A stretch of DNA of 64,000 bases from an uncultured delta proteobacterium (GCA_963745035.1 CAVUVW010000002.1:32001-96000), one strand, 5' to 3'. Shown: positions 8,706 to 20,982, numbered from the stretch's first letter. Notes: generated from the sequence alone by a model not told the origin. A program made the numbers and translations.

Positions 8706-9704
8706 ATGCAGGTAACATCGTCGATGGGTGCTCTCTTCAGTCTAGTGACATTTTTCGTGTTTGACATCGCCGCGGCGCAGACACTCAAAATTCCTTACGT
8801 ATCGATCTCCGGCTTTCAGGCGCCGCTCTACCTTGGCGAGCGCGCCGGCTTGTTCAAAAAGAACCAACTGGAAGCGCAGCTTATCTACATGCCGGGCGGA
8901 TCGTTGATCGTGCAAACCTTGCTCTCGAATGAAGTCGGGGTCGCCAGCCTGGCGCCGCCGTCTGCGGTCGCTGCATGGGTCAAGGGTGCGGAGCTGTCGC
9001 TGGTCGCCGGCGGCATCGAGCGCGCGCTCAACGTCCTCATGGTCAATCCTAAGATCAAGAGAATCGAGGACCTCAAAGGCAAACGAGTGGCGATCAGCCG
9101 TTTCGGCTCGCTCTCGGATGTCTCGCTGCGCGACGCCTTAGCGTTTCACAAGCTGAGAGCCAATCAAGACGTGATAGTCGCGCAGATCGGCGGGCTCGGC
9201 GAGCGCATGGTGGCGCTCACCTCGGGCGTCGTTGACGGCGCGATTCTCAACGTCGATCAAGTTTTCCAAGCGGAGAGGCTCGGCTTTCAGATCTTGATCG
9301 ACCTGCGGAAAAAAAAATTGCCGCTGACCTATTCGACCCAGGGAATCGTCGTGAGCAATCATTTTCTCCGTTCGCAGCGCTCGGTCGTCAAACGTTTTTT
9401 GCGAGTGTATGTCGAAGGCATCAAGATTTTTAAGACCGACAAGGAATATTCCATGGACACCTTGGGCCGTTACATCAAGACCAGCGATCGCGAGATCCTG
9501 TCGAAAACCTATGACGTTTACCGCGACGCTTGGGAAAGCGTGCCGTTGGTACGACGCGAAGGCATACAGCAAGCGCTCGACAGTATTCCGGAAGCCAAAG
9601 GCGTCAAGGTGAATCTCGACAATCTGATCGATAATTCGCTGATCCAGGAATTTGAAAAGGAAGGTTTTCTACGCGAGCTTTATGCGGACGGCGCAAAACG
9701 TTAA
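8706..9704 (+). CDS. NMT1/SsuA-like ABC substrate-binding protein
   Basis: DLKGKRVAISRFGS; paralog of the neighbouring gene. Confidence 0.85.
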   Translation: MQVTSSMGALFSLVTFFVFDIAAAQTLKIPYVSISGFQAPLYLGERAGLFKKNQLEAQLIYMPGGSLIVQTLLSNEVGVASLAPPSAVAAWVKGAELSLVAGGIERALNVLMVNPKIKRIEDLKGKRVAISRFGSLSDVSLRDALAFHKLRANQDVIVAQIGGLGERMVALTSGVVDGAILNVDQVFQAERLGFQILIDLRKKKLPLTYSTQGIVVSNHFLRSQRSVVKRFLRVYVEGIKIFKTDKEYSMDTLGRYIKTSDREILSKTYDVYRDAWESVPLVRREGIQQALDSIPEAKGVKVNLDNLIDNSLIQEFEKEGFLRELYADGAKR

Positions 9705-9788
9705 CCGTGGTGGCTCAATTGACGAGCTCTTGCGTCCCAGGATAGAGGGAAGTAATTTTCTAGAAGATTTGCTGACGGGAGAGGAACC

Positions 9789-10619
9789 ATGCTCAAGACC
9801 ACCGGGCTGATCGCCGGCCATTACGAATGCCGCTCGTTCGCCGATACGCTTCCGGTATTCACCGACCTTCTGGCGATGCAAATCGTCGAGCAAAAACCGG
9901 CCGAAGCCACGCTCAAACATCCGAACACCGACTGGCGCTTGATCGTTCACGAAGGCGGTCCCAATGCGCCCGAAAAAACCTTCGACAATCATTACGGCTT
10001 TCGCGTCGCGAGTCACCAGGAAGTCGAAGCCGCGTGGAAATATATCGAAGCGCACAAGGAAAAATATCATCTAAGCAAAATCACCAAGCCCCAGAGCGCG
10101 CACTTCGCCTACTCGATCTATTTTCGCGAGCCCGGCGGCAATCATCTCGAGATCGAATACTACAATCCGGGCGGCGCGCTGCACGGCCGCTCGCACACGG
10201 CGGGACATTGGGAAAATCCGCTTACCGATGAGCGCTTTCCCGGACGCGGCTACCTGCCGCAAGCTTTCACTCACGGCACCTTGCAGTGCGACAACGTCGA
10301 AAGAAGCCGGCAGTTTTATGTCGATGTCTTGGGCTTGGAGATCGCCGCCGGCTTCAATACCGCGCAGTACATCAAGCATCCTGCAGCGCCTTGGTACATC
10401 GTCGTTTTGCAGCGCAGTCCGCGCCAGTATCTCGCGCCGGTCAACCGATTTACTTTGCAAGTGAGCTCACCCGCCGAAGTTGCACAGGCGCACCGTGAGT
10501 TCACGGTCAATGGTAATTCGCTTGGCCTTACCGAGCTCGGCGAGCTCGAGACAAACAACGGCACAATGAGCTTTATTTTCAGCGATGTCGATAAAAACTG
10601 GTGGGAGCTGACCAACTGA
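9789..10619 (+). CDS. Two-domain VOC (glyoxalase/extradiol dioxygenase-like) protein
   Basis: NHYGFRV, SIYFREPGGNHLEI, THGTL and DVDKNWWE motifs. Confidence 0.75.
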   Translation: MLKTTGLIAGHYECRSFADTLPVFTDLLAMQIVEQKPAEATLKHPNTDWRLIVHEGGPNAPEKTFDNHYGFRVASHQEVEAAWKYIEAHKEKYHLSKITKPQSAHFAYSIYFREPGGNHLEIEYYNPGGALHGRSHTAGHWENPLTDERFPGRGYLPQAFTHGTLQCDNVERSRQFYVDVLGLEIAAGFNTAQYIKHPAAPWYIVVLQRSPRQYLAPVNRFTLQVSSPAEVAQAHREFTVNGNSLGLTELGELETNNGTMSFIFSDVDKNWWELTN

Positions 10620-11701
10620 TGGAAAGAAAACCGAAACTACAAATCATCGTGCTTGCCGTCTCCCTTCTGCTGGCGCAGTGGATGGTTTTGGCGCCGATGG
10701 CATCCGCTCAGACGCCGTTCTATGAAGGCAAGAATGTTCTGCTCGTCAGCGGCACCGACGCCGGCGGCGCCGGCGATCTGCGCACACGCGCAGTGATTCC
10801 GGTCTTGAAAAAACATATCCCCGGCCATCCCAACATCGTCGTGCAGTACATGCCCGGAGCGGGCGGACGCAAGGCGGCCAATCAGATGTACAAGTCGGTC
10901 CGGCCCGACGGTTTGACCATCGGCGCCATGATCACCGGCATGGTTCAGGGTACGATTTTCGGCGAGACCGACGTGCTCTATGAACTGGACAAGTTCATTT
11001 ATCTCGGCTCCCACGCCCGCTATGCGCCTTATGCGTTTCTGACGCGCAAAGCCGCTGGCTTCAACACTCGGGAAACTTTGACCGCGGCCCGCGGCGTGCG
11101 CATCGGCGCCCCATCCGTCGGCCACAGCCTTTACACTATGGCCCGCCTGTTCGCTTACATGCTCGACATGAAGGAGCCGCGTCTTGTCACCGGCTACACG
11201 CCGCGCGAAATCGACTTCGCTTTGGAAAGAAACGAAATCGATGCCCGGGTGAGCATCCTGGACAGCTTGCTGACGCGCAACGCTCACTGGTTGGATAAAG
11301 ATCTCGTGCACGTGCACGCGACCATCGATATTCCCAAGGGCTTCAAACACGCAGATCGCAGGCTCGCCAAACTTCCCGAGATCGAGAGTTTCGCTCGGTC
11401 AAATCAAGACCGCCGCCTCATCCACCTTTTTCGCGGCGTGCGCGACACCGGCCAGCCGTTTGTCTTGCCGCCGGGCACGCCGGCGGAGCAAGTCAAAATA
11501 TTGCGTGAAGCCATGCGTAAAGCTTTCGCTGATCCGGAGTACACAAAAGCTTACGAAAAGCTCACCTCGGAGCCCGCCATGCCGATAACTTGGGAGGAGT
11601 TCGAAACGGAGCTCCGCGAGTTGCCGCGGGAAGCCGAGATCATCGATCTCTTCAAAAAACTTTCCGGCCCGGCGCCGCTGCCGGCGCGGCCATCGCGGTA
11701 A
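10619..11701 (+). CDS. Bug/TctC-like tripartite tricarboxylate transporter substrate-binding protein
   Basis: FYEGKNV, NIVVQYMPGAGG, PDGLTIG and PPGTP motifs. Confidence 0.8.
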   Translation: MERKPKLQIIVLAVSLLLAQWMVLAPMASAQTPFYEGKNVLLVSGTDAGGAGDLRTRAVIPVLKKHIPGHPNIVVQYMPGAGGRKAANQMYKSVRPDGLTIGAMITGMVQGTIFGETDVLYELDKFIYLGSHARYAPYAFLTRKAAGFNTRETLTAARGVRIGAPSVGHSLYTMARLFAYMLDMKEPRLVTGYTPREIDFALERNEIDARVSILDSLLTRNAHWLDKDLVHVHATIDIPKGFKHADRRLAKLPEIESFARSNQDRRLIHLFRGVRDTGQPFVLPPGTPAEQVKILREAMRKAFADPEYTKAYEKLTSEPAMPITWEEFETELRELPREAEIIDLFKKLSGPAPLPARPSR

Positions 11702-11822
11702 GCACGCGCAATCTAAGCGTTCGTTAACTTCAGCTTTTCTGAGCCTCTCGCCGATCTTTGGTGAGAGTTAACGAGCGCTTCGTAAATTGACAATAAATTC
11801 TTTTTGCGGTGTGCAGAATGCA

Positions 11823-11856
11823 GAAAAGCCCGGTTGGACAACCAACCGGGCTTTTC
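11823..11856. terminator. Bidirectional intrinsic terminator
   Basis: gaaaagcccggttgg-acaa-ccaaccgggcttttc perfect stem between convergent genes. Confidence 0.8.
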
Positions 11857-11882
11857 ATTTTCACGACGAATCAGTCCTGCAA

Positions 11883-12236
11883 TCACTCGAATTTCAGCAA
11901 CGGAATATCCTTCGCCGCCGGGGATGCTTTAACCGTCGCCAGATACGCGTAGATGTCAGCGAGTTCCTGGTCGGTCAGAAATTGCTGCCGATAGGCTGGC
12001 ATGTCGAGGCGCGGTGTGCGCGTCTGCAGGGCAAAGGCAGGATAGGGAAGCAAACCCGGCGCGAGCTTTGGGCCGGCACCGCGATCGGCGCCCTGGCCAA
12101 TCGTGCCGTGACAGGTATAGCACATATATTTCATGTAGGCCTGCTGGCCGCGCTGAGCCGAGCCAGCCGGTGTTTCCTGTGCGGATACCGTCGACACAGC
12201 CAATGCGAGTAGCGCCGTCGTCAGCAAGTAGCGCAT
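11883..12236 (-). CDS. Monoheme c-type cytochrome
   Basis: Signal peptide, CYTCH, axial MP. Confidence 0.9.
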   Translation of the reverse strand: MRYLLTTALLALAVSTVSAQETPAGSAQRGQQAYMKYMCYTCHGTIGQGADRGAGPKLAPGLLPYPAFALQTRTPRLDMPAYRQQFLTDQELADIYAYLATVKASPAAKDIPLLKFE

Positions 12237-12250
12237 CTAATGCCCTCCTG

Positions 12251-14129
12251 TTAACGTCCCTGGGATACCACGTCCACTAGCGCCGGTTCTCCGCGCTTCA
12301 CCACTGCGAGCGCGCGCGAAAACGCCGGGCCTAGGGCGGCCGGATCGCTGATCGGTCCCTCCGCCCATACTCCCATGGACTGCGCCAGCTTGGCGAAATC
12401 GACATTCGGTTTTTCGATCGTCGTGCCGATCGCCGCGGTGTCCATGCGGCGGTTGTGCAGCGCCGCCATTTTTTGCAGGTGCATGACCTCCTGGTGATAA
12501 GCGCGATTGTTGTGCACGATCATGAGGAACGGAATTTTATGGTGCGCCGCTGTCCAGAGCGCGCCCGGCGCGTACATCAAATCGCCGTCGCCTTCGATCG
12601 AGACGGTCAAAATACCCTTGTCCCGGTTGGCCAGCGCCGCTCCGACGGCGGCGCCGCTACCGTAGCCTTGACCGGCGCCGCCGGAACCGCCGATGAAATT
12701 ATGATACTCAGTGGCCGGCCAGAGGTTTCTGTTCCACTGCACGCTGGAAACGGCAAGGCACCATTTGTCTTTCTTGATGAGGTCGTAAAGCTGGGCCGAC
12801 ATGCGCGCCGTGCTGCACGGGCTGGCGTCCCAGCCTACACTGGCTGCGGCCCGCGCTCGATCTTTCATCCTGCCATGGTCTTCGCGCAACTTGGCGGCGC
12901 GGTTCGCGAATGCTCCTCGCTGCGCGGCTTTCTTCACGGCCTCGGTCAAAGCCGGAAGCGTCGCCTGCGCGTCGCCTGAGATCGGCAAATCCGCCGGCAT
13001 GAAGCGCTGCATATCCTGATAGTTCGACTTGGTCAGCGTGTCGCCGAGCGAAATATGAATCACTTTGACATCAGGTTTTGCGAGCCGACGGTATTCATGG
13101 TGCGGGTCGCTGACGGTATTGAATTGACCCCAGGGATCGGCAACTTCAAGCAAAAGCGCAACGTCGGCTTGACCCACCAGGGAGCGGCGGTCTCCGCTGC
13201 GGCAGAGATAATGGTTCATCGGAAAATTCATGCGGCCGCCGATATCGATCACCGGCGCGCTCAAGGCCTCGGCTAGCTCCACGAGGAGCTTCATGCCCTC
13301 TTGCGAACGACAAGCGCGGTCAGCCACGATCACTGGATTTTGCGCCGCCACCAGCATCTTGGCCGCCTCGGAAACCGCGCCGCTGTCGCCCTGCGGAGGA
13401 ATCGAAAGCGTGAGCTTGGGAATCGACAATTTCTTCTCGTCGCTTATCGGTCCTTCTGCGATCACGCCGTCGGCCGTGACCAGCACCGGTCCCATGGGCA
13501 CGGTCGTGGCAATTTTGTAGGCGCGCATCACCGACTCGGCAAAATGCTGGAGCGATAACGGCTGATCGTCCCACTTGATAAAATCCCGCAGCAGCGCGGC
13601 CGGATCTTGCACGCAGTGATACCACTCGACACCGGGCCGGCGTTTCGCAGCGTCGAGAAAGTTGCCGGCAAACATGACGACCGGGACACGGTCGCACCAG
13701 GCGTTGTAAACGGCCATCGCCGCATGCTGCAGGCCGACGGTGCCGTGAGCCATCATGCCCATCGGCTTACCCGCCACCTTGGCATAGCCTTGGGCCATGC
13801 TGACCGATGTCTCTTCATGCAGGCAGGTGAGAAATTCGGGTTTCTTATTGCCGCCGTAGTTGATGATGGACTCTTGCAGGCTGCGAAAGCTCGATCCCGG
13901 ATTGGACGCGATGTACTCGATGCCCGTCGCCTTGATCACGTCGACCATGAAGTCGGAACCCGGCCGGCTGATGATCTTATCCCTGCTCGGCGGTTTCTCG
14001 TTGCCTTCCGAGCTTGTCTCAGCGGCCTGCGCCGGCGAGTTTGCCGCCATCTGTGTCCCGATGACCGCCGCTGCGGTATGCCGCGGCGCCCTTTAGAAAT
14101 GCACGACGATCGAAAGCATCTTTAGCCAT
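12251..14129 (-). CDS. Tat-exported thiamine-diphosphate-binding enzyme (frameshift in signal peptide)
   Basis: MAKDAFDRRAFLKGAAA from ATG at 14129; HEE and GDGD...NN ThDP motifs. Confidence 0.85.
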
Positions 14130-14388
14130 GCGTACCTCCCGCAAGCCGAATTGGACGCCAGCGTCGCGATGGAAATGCGAAAGTCAATGAACCAGACGGA
14201 TCGCGACAGGCTCAAACGTTGATAGACGCTAGCCGAAATCGCATTTTGCTGTCAATGGATATTTAGCCAAGGGCCGGACACGGGGGGCCATCTACACTAT
14301 CGCAACCCGCAGACAAGATGCCGCAATAGGTTTAGCCGTATGACGAGATTTTGTTGAAGCTTCTGGTTGGCGAAGCCGCGAGGCGCTT

Positions 14389-16011
14389 TTAGCCGCCCGC
14401 CAGTTTGAGCTTGTTCTTGGCGTTCTTGCCGATCTTGTTGCGCGGGAATTTCTCGGCGACGTGCTCGAGCAAGTCGATGCCCAATCCCCGTTCCTGGCCG
14501 GCGCGTTCGACCAGACTGAATCCGAGCGCGAATAAGATCCTCCGGCGCCAAGCCTTTCTCTTTTTTCAGCGTCTCGAAAACCGGATAGGCCGAGCCGCGA
14601 TAAAGATCGGTCAAGAGCTCGACCGCGGGATGCTGGCGATTGGTCGCCACGGTGTGCGAGTGCAGTTTCAGCTGCGCCAAGGCCAGGTGAAACTTATTCT
14701 CGGGCTTAACTCCGGGGAAATCCTTGAGCGGCAACAAGAAGCCCACCGACTCTTTGAATTTTTTCGCCTTGACCAGCTTCGCTCCGTGCTCGGCGAGCTT
14801 TTGGTAGACAAACTCCGCGTCCGCGCGCTTGAGCACGTGCAGGAACGCAGTCTGAATGCGCTCTTCGTCCTCGATCGCTTTTTGCAGCTTCTTCCACAAC
14901 GCGTCCAGCGTATCTTGCCGCCACTTGCCTTCGAAGGAAGGCAATAGCTCCGCGATACTCCACGCCTTGCTCGCGTCCTCGCAGGAAACCAGTTCCTTGA
15001 TCAGCGCCGCGCGCGCGTCGGGAATTTTGCGCAGCGAGCTGGCAGCGACGTCGCGCTCTTCCGATAATCGGGATCGCCCAATTGCTCGACCAAGGTGCGC
15101 ACCGTCGCCGGCGTGCCGACGTCGCCCATTTTTCTGAGCGCGAACTTTTGCACGTCGGAATGCGGGCTCTGCATCAGTTTACCCAGCAGCGCGCGGGAGT
15201 CGTCCGGCAGCTCGTGGGCATCGAGCAAATCCAGGGTCAAGCGCGTCGCTTCCGTGGGCTGGGGCTCTTCGAGAATAGGAAACAACTTCGCGTACTCGTC
15301 CTTGCGCAACTCCTGCTCGCGCAGGCAGCGCAGCAGCGCGACCAACGCGTGCGCGCGCACCGCGGGATGCTGCTCCGCGCCGACGAACTTAAAAAGCCAG
15401 CGGCGCGCTTGAGGACGCCCGAGTTGTCCAAGCAGCCGCATGGCCGAAATCATCGCCGGCCGCTGCTCCTTGGCATTGAGCTTCGCCGCAAAAGATTCGA
15501 CGTCGTCGTAGAGCGAATCCTGCTCTTTGGCGTCCATCTCCCGCAGCACCGGCGTCATCAGATCGCAGATCACGCGATTGCTCTCGTCCGTGCCCGTGCC
15601 GAGCATTTGCAGCAATCCCTTGAGCGCCGCTTTGCCGCGCACTTGGCACAGCACGCGTGCGGCATTCAACTGCCAGACGCGCGAGGCGTTCGCCAAGCCT
15701 TGCAGCAGCGGCTGCACCGCCGCTTGTCCGGCGCCGCTCAAGGACCGCACCGCCCGCTCCTGCACGTCCTTATCCTGGTCGTCGAGCATTTTGATGAGCT
15801 GCGCGATGTTGTTTTTCGGGTGCGCTTCTTCGAAGTAACGCAGCGCATAATCTTTCAGCACCGGATTCGGACCATCGAGCAGCGCGCCTACTATCTTGAC
15901 AACGGAAGCGTTGCTCACTTTAAGACCGCCCAAAACGAGCAGAGCAGCACAGCGCTGCTCGACCGTGCCCTTTTCGATAAGAGTCAAAATATCCTGTAAA
16001 GTGTTGTCCAT
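14389..16011 (-). CDS. HEAT-repeat protein (frameshifted)
   Basis: Repeated LxDxDxxVxxxAxxxL helical motifs across several frames. Confidence 0.65.
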
Positions 16012-16080
16012 AATTTTCTCTGTTCCTATTTCCAACTTGATCCCGGCAGAAAAGTCAAGCCGGCGCGCGTAGCGCGCTCG

Positions 16081-16131
16081 GTCTAGAGTCTAGGGTCCAG
16101 AGTTTTGGGTTCCGAGAGCCTAGACCCTAGA
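16081..16131. repeat. Inverted heptamer array (gtctaga / cctagac)
   Basis: gtctagagtctagggtccaga ... gcctagaccctaga. Confidence 0.55.
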
Positions 16132-16208
16132 TGCGAGACTGCAAACAGTTGACTGTCTTGACAGCCGGCAAAATTGGCAGTACGCGAAAGCTTGGCTACG
16201 GAGGACGA

Positions 16209-17376
16209 ATGTTTCACACTGATTTGACACCGTTCGGCGTCGACATGGAGCGCCTCGCGCAAGATCGACTCAAACGGCTTCAGGCCGCCATGAAACGCGA
16301 GAAGACTCGGCGCGCTTTTGCTCACGGACTTTTTGAATCTGCGCTACGCGACCAATACCGTGATGATGCTCGGCTTGCGTACTTCCGGCGTCCAGCGCTT
16401 CGGGCTCATTCCCGCCGAAGGCGAGCCGATCATCTGCCAGCGCGAGCTGTCAGCGCAAGAAGCATTATCGCAGCCTGCGCTTCGACGCCTACATGTTCTC
16501 CATGCGCCCGCCCATCGCCACCGAAGATTTCGTCGAACAAGCGGTCACCGGGCTTGAAGCAGCTCGGCGCCGCCGGCGAGCGGGTCGGCGTCGATGTATT
16601 GAGTCTCGCCGCCGTCGAAGGTTTGAAAGAAGCCGGCATCGACCTCGTCGATGGCTGGCCGGCGATCAACAGCGCGCGTGTGGTGAAAACGATCGATGAA
16701 ATCGCAATTGATCCGCTGGACCACCAAAGCAAAGTATCGCGGCTACGACCTCGTGCGCCAGGCGCTGCGGGAGTCGGACGTTCCCGAAGACAAGCTCAGC
16801 CGCATCATGCTCGATTACTTGATGGACCAGGGCTTCGAGGCCGGCAGCGAATTTATTTCGATCTACGATTCATCGGTTGCCGACACGCGGCCGCACAACG
16901 AACCGATGGGCGCCGATCTCGTCGTCAAGGATGGCGAGCTGGTGATCTGCGACGCCACGGTGGCGGGACCGGGCGGTTACTACAGCGACTTCGCCCGCAC
17001 CTTCAGCCACGGCGCTCCGACCGCCGCGACCAAGCAGCGCTATAAGGAAGCCTATCACTCGCTCCAAGAAGCGCTGAAGCTCGTGAAGCCCGGCCCGTGC
17101 ACGGAAGCATTCAAGCGATTCGGCAAAGGCGCGAGCGCCGGCATGCGCCTGCCCGGATTCGACGGCTACCACGGTGTGGGTCTTTGCGTTTACGAATCAC
17201 CGTGGCTGCGCGGCGGCGACCCGGAAAAATACATGATTTCTCTCGAAGAAAACATGATCGTCGCCCTGGAGATCAACCACTACCCGGTAAAGCTCGAACA
17301 CTTGCTCCGCGTCACCGCCGACGGCGCCGAGATTTTGTCGCAGTATCCCGTCGACTCTGAGTTAGTGCCCGCTTAG
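16209..17376 (+). CDS. M24 family (Xaa-Pro-like) peptidase, several frameshifts
   Basis: NLRYAT, VKTIDEI, GYYSDFART, HGVGL and ALE motifs. Confidence 0.8.
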
Positions 17377-17383
17377 ATAATTC

Positions 17384-17505
17384 ACCGCGGAGACGCCGAG
17401 GACGCAGAGAACTTTTCTCAGCGTACTGTGCGGCTCTACCGTGCAGTTTTCCGTTTTTCTGGTCTAACGATTTGAACTTTTTGAACGGCTTGAACGGTTT
17501 GAACG
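17384..17505. repeat. Gene-less cgcagag inverted pair followed by a TTGAAC-type 9-mer array
   Basis: accgcggagacgccgaggacgcagag...ctcagcgtactgtgcg; ttgaactttttgaacggcttgaacggtttgaacg. Confidence 0.65.
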
Positions 17506-17506
17506 T

Positions 17507-18580
17507 TTACTTTCTTCCAAGCTCCCTCAGCGCCTTCTGCCATGCGGTGGCTTCCTTGTCGTACTGCGCGGTGTTGAGGCCGCCCTCTGGATACCATCGT
17601 TTGAAGCCCATCTCCTTCGATGGATTGCCGAATTCCAGATTCTCCAGAATTTTCTGTCCCTCGGGGCTCAGAATAAAATCCGCCATCAAGATCGCCGCGT
17701 GCGGATGCGGCGCTTGATAGACGATCGTGGTCGCGCCCGCGTTAGTCGGCACGGCTTCCATCGGCACCCAGTCGATCGGCGCGCCTTTTCCTTTCGATTC
17801 CATCGCGTGATCGCGGAATATCGACGGCGAGATCGGCACTTCTCCCGAGATCGCCAGGTCCGCCATGGCGCGTCCGGAAATCGAATGCAGACTAATGTCC
17901 TGGGCCTTGAGCTTGCGCGCGAACTCTTCGCCTTTGAATTTCAAGATCGCGCCCATCATGCGCACTCCGGTGTCGCTCGTGGTGAGACCCATCTTGCCCT
18001 TGAGCTGCGGATTCAGCAGGCCGGCAAAATTTTTCGGCACGGCGCTCGGCGCGATCAGCTTCGGATTGTAACCGACACCGATAAAGCTCTCGCGGTTGAC
18101 TCCCCAATAATAAAGTCCCTTGCCGGCACTCTCCTTCGCGTGCGCCGGATACTTGGCGAGATGAGGCGAATTGTAGACGGCGAGCAAGCCGTCCTCGCGC
18201 AAGCTCTTCAGCAGCGGCAAAGTCGTCTCGATGGTGTCGACTATGTACTGGCGCGCCTTTGCCTCGGCGGTGATGCGCGCCATCAGCTCGTTGCTGGCGG
18301 CGCGGTAGACATCGACTTTTACGCCCGGATATTTTTTCTCGAAGCCCTGCGCCAGCTCCTTGTACGAACTCCCCGCAAGCGACGTGTACCAAACAACTTT
18401 GCCTTCGGACTTCGCGCCAGCGACGAGAATCTGCTCGCGATCCGCGCCGGTGTAAGCCGCGAGCTCGGCAAGCGTCGCCGGCTTTTTGGCTTGGGCATGA
18501 ACTGAAACCGGCGAACGAAGCGATGCGTAGACTGTCACGGCAGAAAGTAAAGCGAGAAAAAAACTCCTGGAATATTTCAA
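17507..18580 (-). CDS. Extracellular solute-binding protein (Fe3+/thiamine-type family)
   Basis: AKSEGKVVWYTS and APHPHAAILMADFILS; paralog of the gene at 100-1122. Confidence 0.85.
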   Translation of the reverse strand: MKYSRSFFLALLSAVTVYASLRSPVSVHAQAKKPATLAELAAYTGADREQILVAGAKSEGKVVWYTSLAGSSYKELAQGFEKKYPGVKVDVYRAASNELMARITAEAKARQYIVDTIETTLPLLKSLREDGLLAVYNSPHLAKYPAHAKESAGKGLYYWGVNRESFIGVGYNPKLIAPSAVPKNFAGLLNPQLKGKMGLTTSDTGVRMMGAILKFKGEEFARKLKAQDISLHSISGRAMADLAISGEVPISPSIFRDHAMESKGKGAPIDWVPMEAVPTNAGATTIVYQAPHPHAAILMADFILSPEGQKILENLEFGNPSKEMGFKRWYPEGGLNTAQYDKEATAWQKALRELGRK

Positions 18581-18751
18581 GTGAAATTTACCTCTTGCAG
18601 TAACTTTTCGAACCGTTGTCACCCCGCATGTTTGGTGGAGGATCCAATCGTAACCAGCCTGGATTCCCGCTAGAATCATGCGGGAATGACGATATGAAAA
18701 CCACGTGCCGCAGCCGCAAAAATTTGAGCCCGTCGAGTAAAGACGGACAAA

Positions 18752-20982
18752 TTACTTCTGCTTCAATGCTCGATAGATATTTTCCGCTTTCACCGGCAGC
18801 TCGAACAGGCGCACGCCCACTGCGTCGGCGATAGCGTTGGCGATCGCGGCCGGCGGGCCGTTGTTGGCGAACTCGCCGATCGGCTTGGAGTCGAGCGGGC
18901 CGACGCCGCCGGTAGTTTTGACCAGCACGGTTTTGAGCTCCGGGATGTCTTTGACGGACGGCAATTTATAATCGCCCAGGTTGTTGTTGGTGACCTTGCC
19001 GCCGTCCATCACCAGCTCTTCCATCATGCCCTGGCCCATGCCCATGATCGTGGCGCCGTCGATCTGGCCCTGGTGCGTCACCGGATTGATCACGTGCCGA
19101 CGTCGTGGGCACTCACCACCCGGTGTACGCGCACCGCCCCGGTGTCGGCATCGACCTCGACCTCCGCCACTTGCGCGCAGATGTAAGAGATATCCTCCGG
19201 GTAGGGATAATCCTCGTAGACCGTCACTGCGAGCGGCTCGTTCGCTTGTGAAGCAATGCGGCGCAACGAAAGTTGCTGCCCGGGATCCTGACGCAAAGAG
19301 AATCTGCCGTTATCGAATGTCACTTCATCGACTTTGCATTCGAGCATTTTGGCCGCTCGTTCGAGTAACCGATCGCGCAGTTTTTCGCAGGCCTGCATGA
19401 TGGCATTGCCCGCCACATACGTCATACGGCTCGCTCGCATGCCGCTGTCACGCGGCGCCCTATCAGTGTCGCCGATGGTCACACGCACCTGATCGATCGG
19501 CACTTTCATCTGATCGGCCACCAATTGGCGCAAAATCGTGTGAGTACCGGAACCCTGATCGATGCTCGGACTCAAGATCGAAAAAGCTCCGTCAGAGTCG
19601 GCACTCAAAATAAGACCTGGTATCGCCGCCGCTGATGTGCCTTCCCGACAGCGCGATGCCCCGCCCATAATTGCGCTTCTTCGGTTTTTTCCACCCCGCT
19701 GCATCGAGCGCGCCTTGCAATACTTCGCGGAAGCGCACGCTATGCAGCTCGTGGCCGACCGCGTCCGCTTCCCCTTCGCCGAGAAAATTTTTCAGAGCGA
19801 AACTCGGCCGGGTCCATGCCAAGATCATTAGCTAAAATATCGGTATGACAATCGACGGCGAATGCGGTCGCCACCGCACCCGGGCTACGATAATAGCCGC
19901 CGGGAACCGTGTTCGTGTAGATCTGCAAGAACTCGATGTCGGAGTGCTCCATACGATATTGCCCGCCGGCATAGTGCCAGGTGGCGAGCGAAGTATTCGA
20001 TTTGAGCGCGCCGTAGCCGCCGCTCGCGTGCGCCGCGCGGATCTTGCGCGCCACGATGCGCCCGTCGCGCTTCACGCCGGTTCGGATCGTGATCACGGTG
20101 GCATGCGCCGGATTGCTCGCCGATAACTCTTCCGCGTAGGTCATCACGATCTTGACCGGCCGTCCGGTCTTCTGCGCCAGAAAATACAGCACCGGCAGAT
20201 CGACCCCATCGCCCTTGCCGCCGAACTCGCCGCCGACGTTGACGGGATTCATGCGGATGCGCTCTTCGGCGATCGACAAACATTTTGCGAGCTGGCTGCG
20301 CACGCCGAAGGGATTTTTCACCGAGGACCAAACCTGAATGCGCCCGTCGGGTTCGATCGCGACGGTGGCCGCGTGCGGCTCGAGATAACCCTGGTGGCGC
20401 GCCGGAATGCGAAATGTATGTTCCAGGACCAGATCGGATTCACGAAAACCTTTCTCCACGTCGCCTTTGCGCCACGCCAGGCGGGTGAGCCCGTTGTGCA
20501 AATCGGCGGCGAGAATCTTTTCCGGCGCGCCGTCGTAGGCGCCGACGTTTTCATGCAGCGCCGGCGCGCCCGGTGCCATGGCTTCGAGCGGATCGAACAC
20601 AGCGGGCAAAATCTCGTAATCGACGTCGATCATGTGTAGAGCATCTTCGGCTGCGTCCACGGTTTCCGCGGCCACGGCCGCCACCCGGTCGCCGACAAAA
20701 CGCACCTTGTCCCAGCAAAGCACCGGCATATCGCGGATTTGTTTGCCGACCAGATGACCTTTGACATCCTCGCCGGTAAGGATGGCGTGCACGCCCGGCA
20801 ATTTCCGCGCCTTCGATGTATCGATGCCGCCGGATGCGCGCATGCGGGTGCGGACTCCGCAAAATTTTCGCCCACAACAAACCCGGCAGCTTCACGTCGG
20901 CGGCGTAGACCGTATGCCCGCGCACCTTGTCTCCGCCTTCGCCGCGCGGCACCGCCGTGCCGACCACTTTGGAATCAGCCAT
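18752..20982 (-). CDS. Xanthine dehydrogenase family molybdopterin-binding subunit (frameshifted)
   Basis: LRSPHPHA, GGEFGGKG, YRSPG, VAEVEVD..TG, GQIDG and IGE motifs across frames. Confidence 0.9.

Noticed and set aside
11715-11780. Long hairpin aagcgttcgttaact...agttaacgagcgctt as a riboswitch or ncRNA
   Set aside because: Lies between convergent 3' ends, single copy, no recognisable riboswitch motif; more likely a degenerate REP
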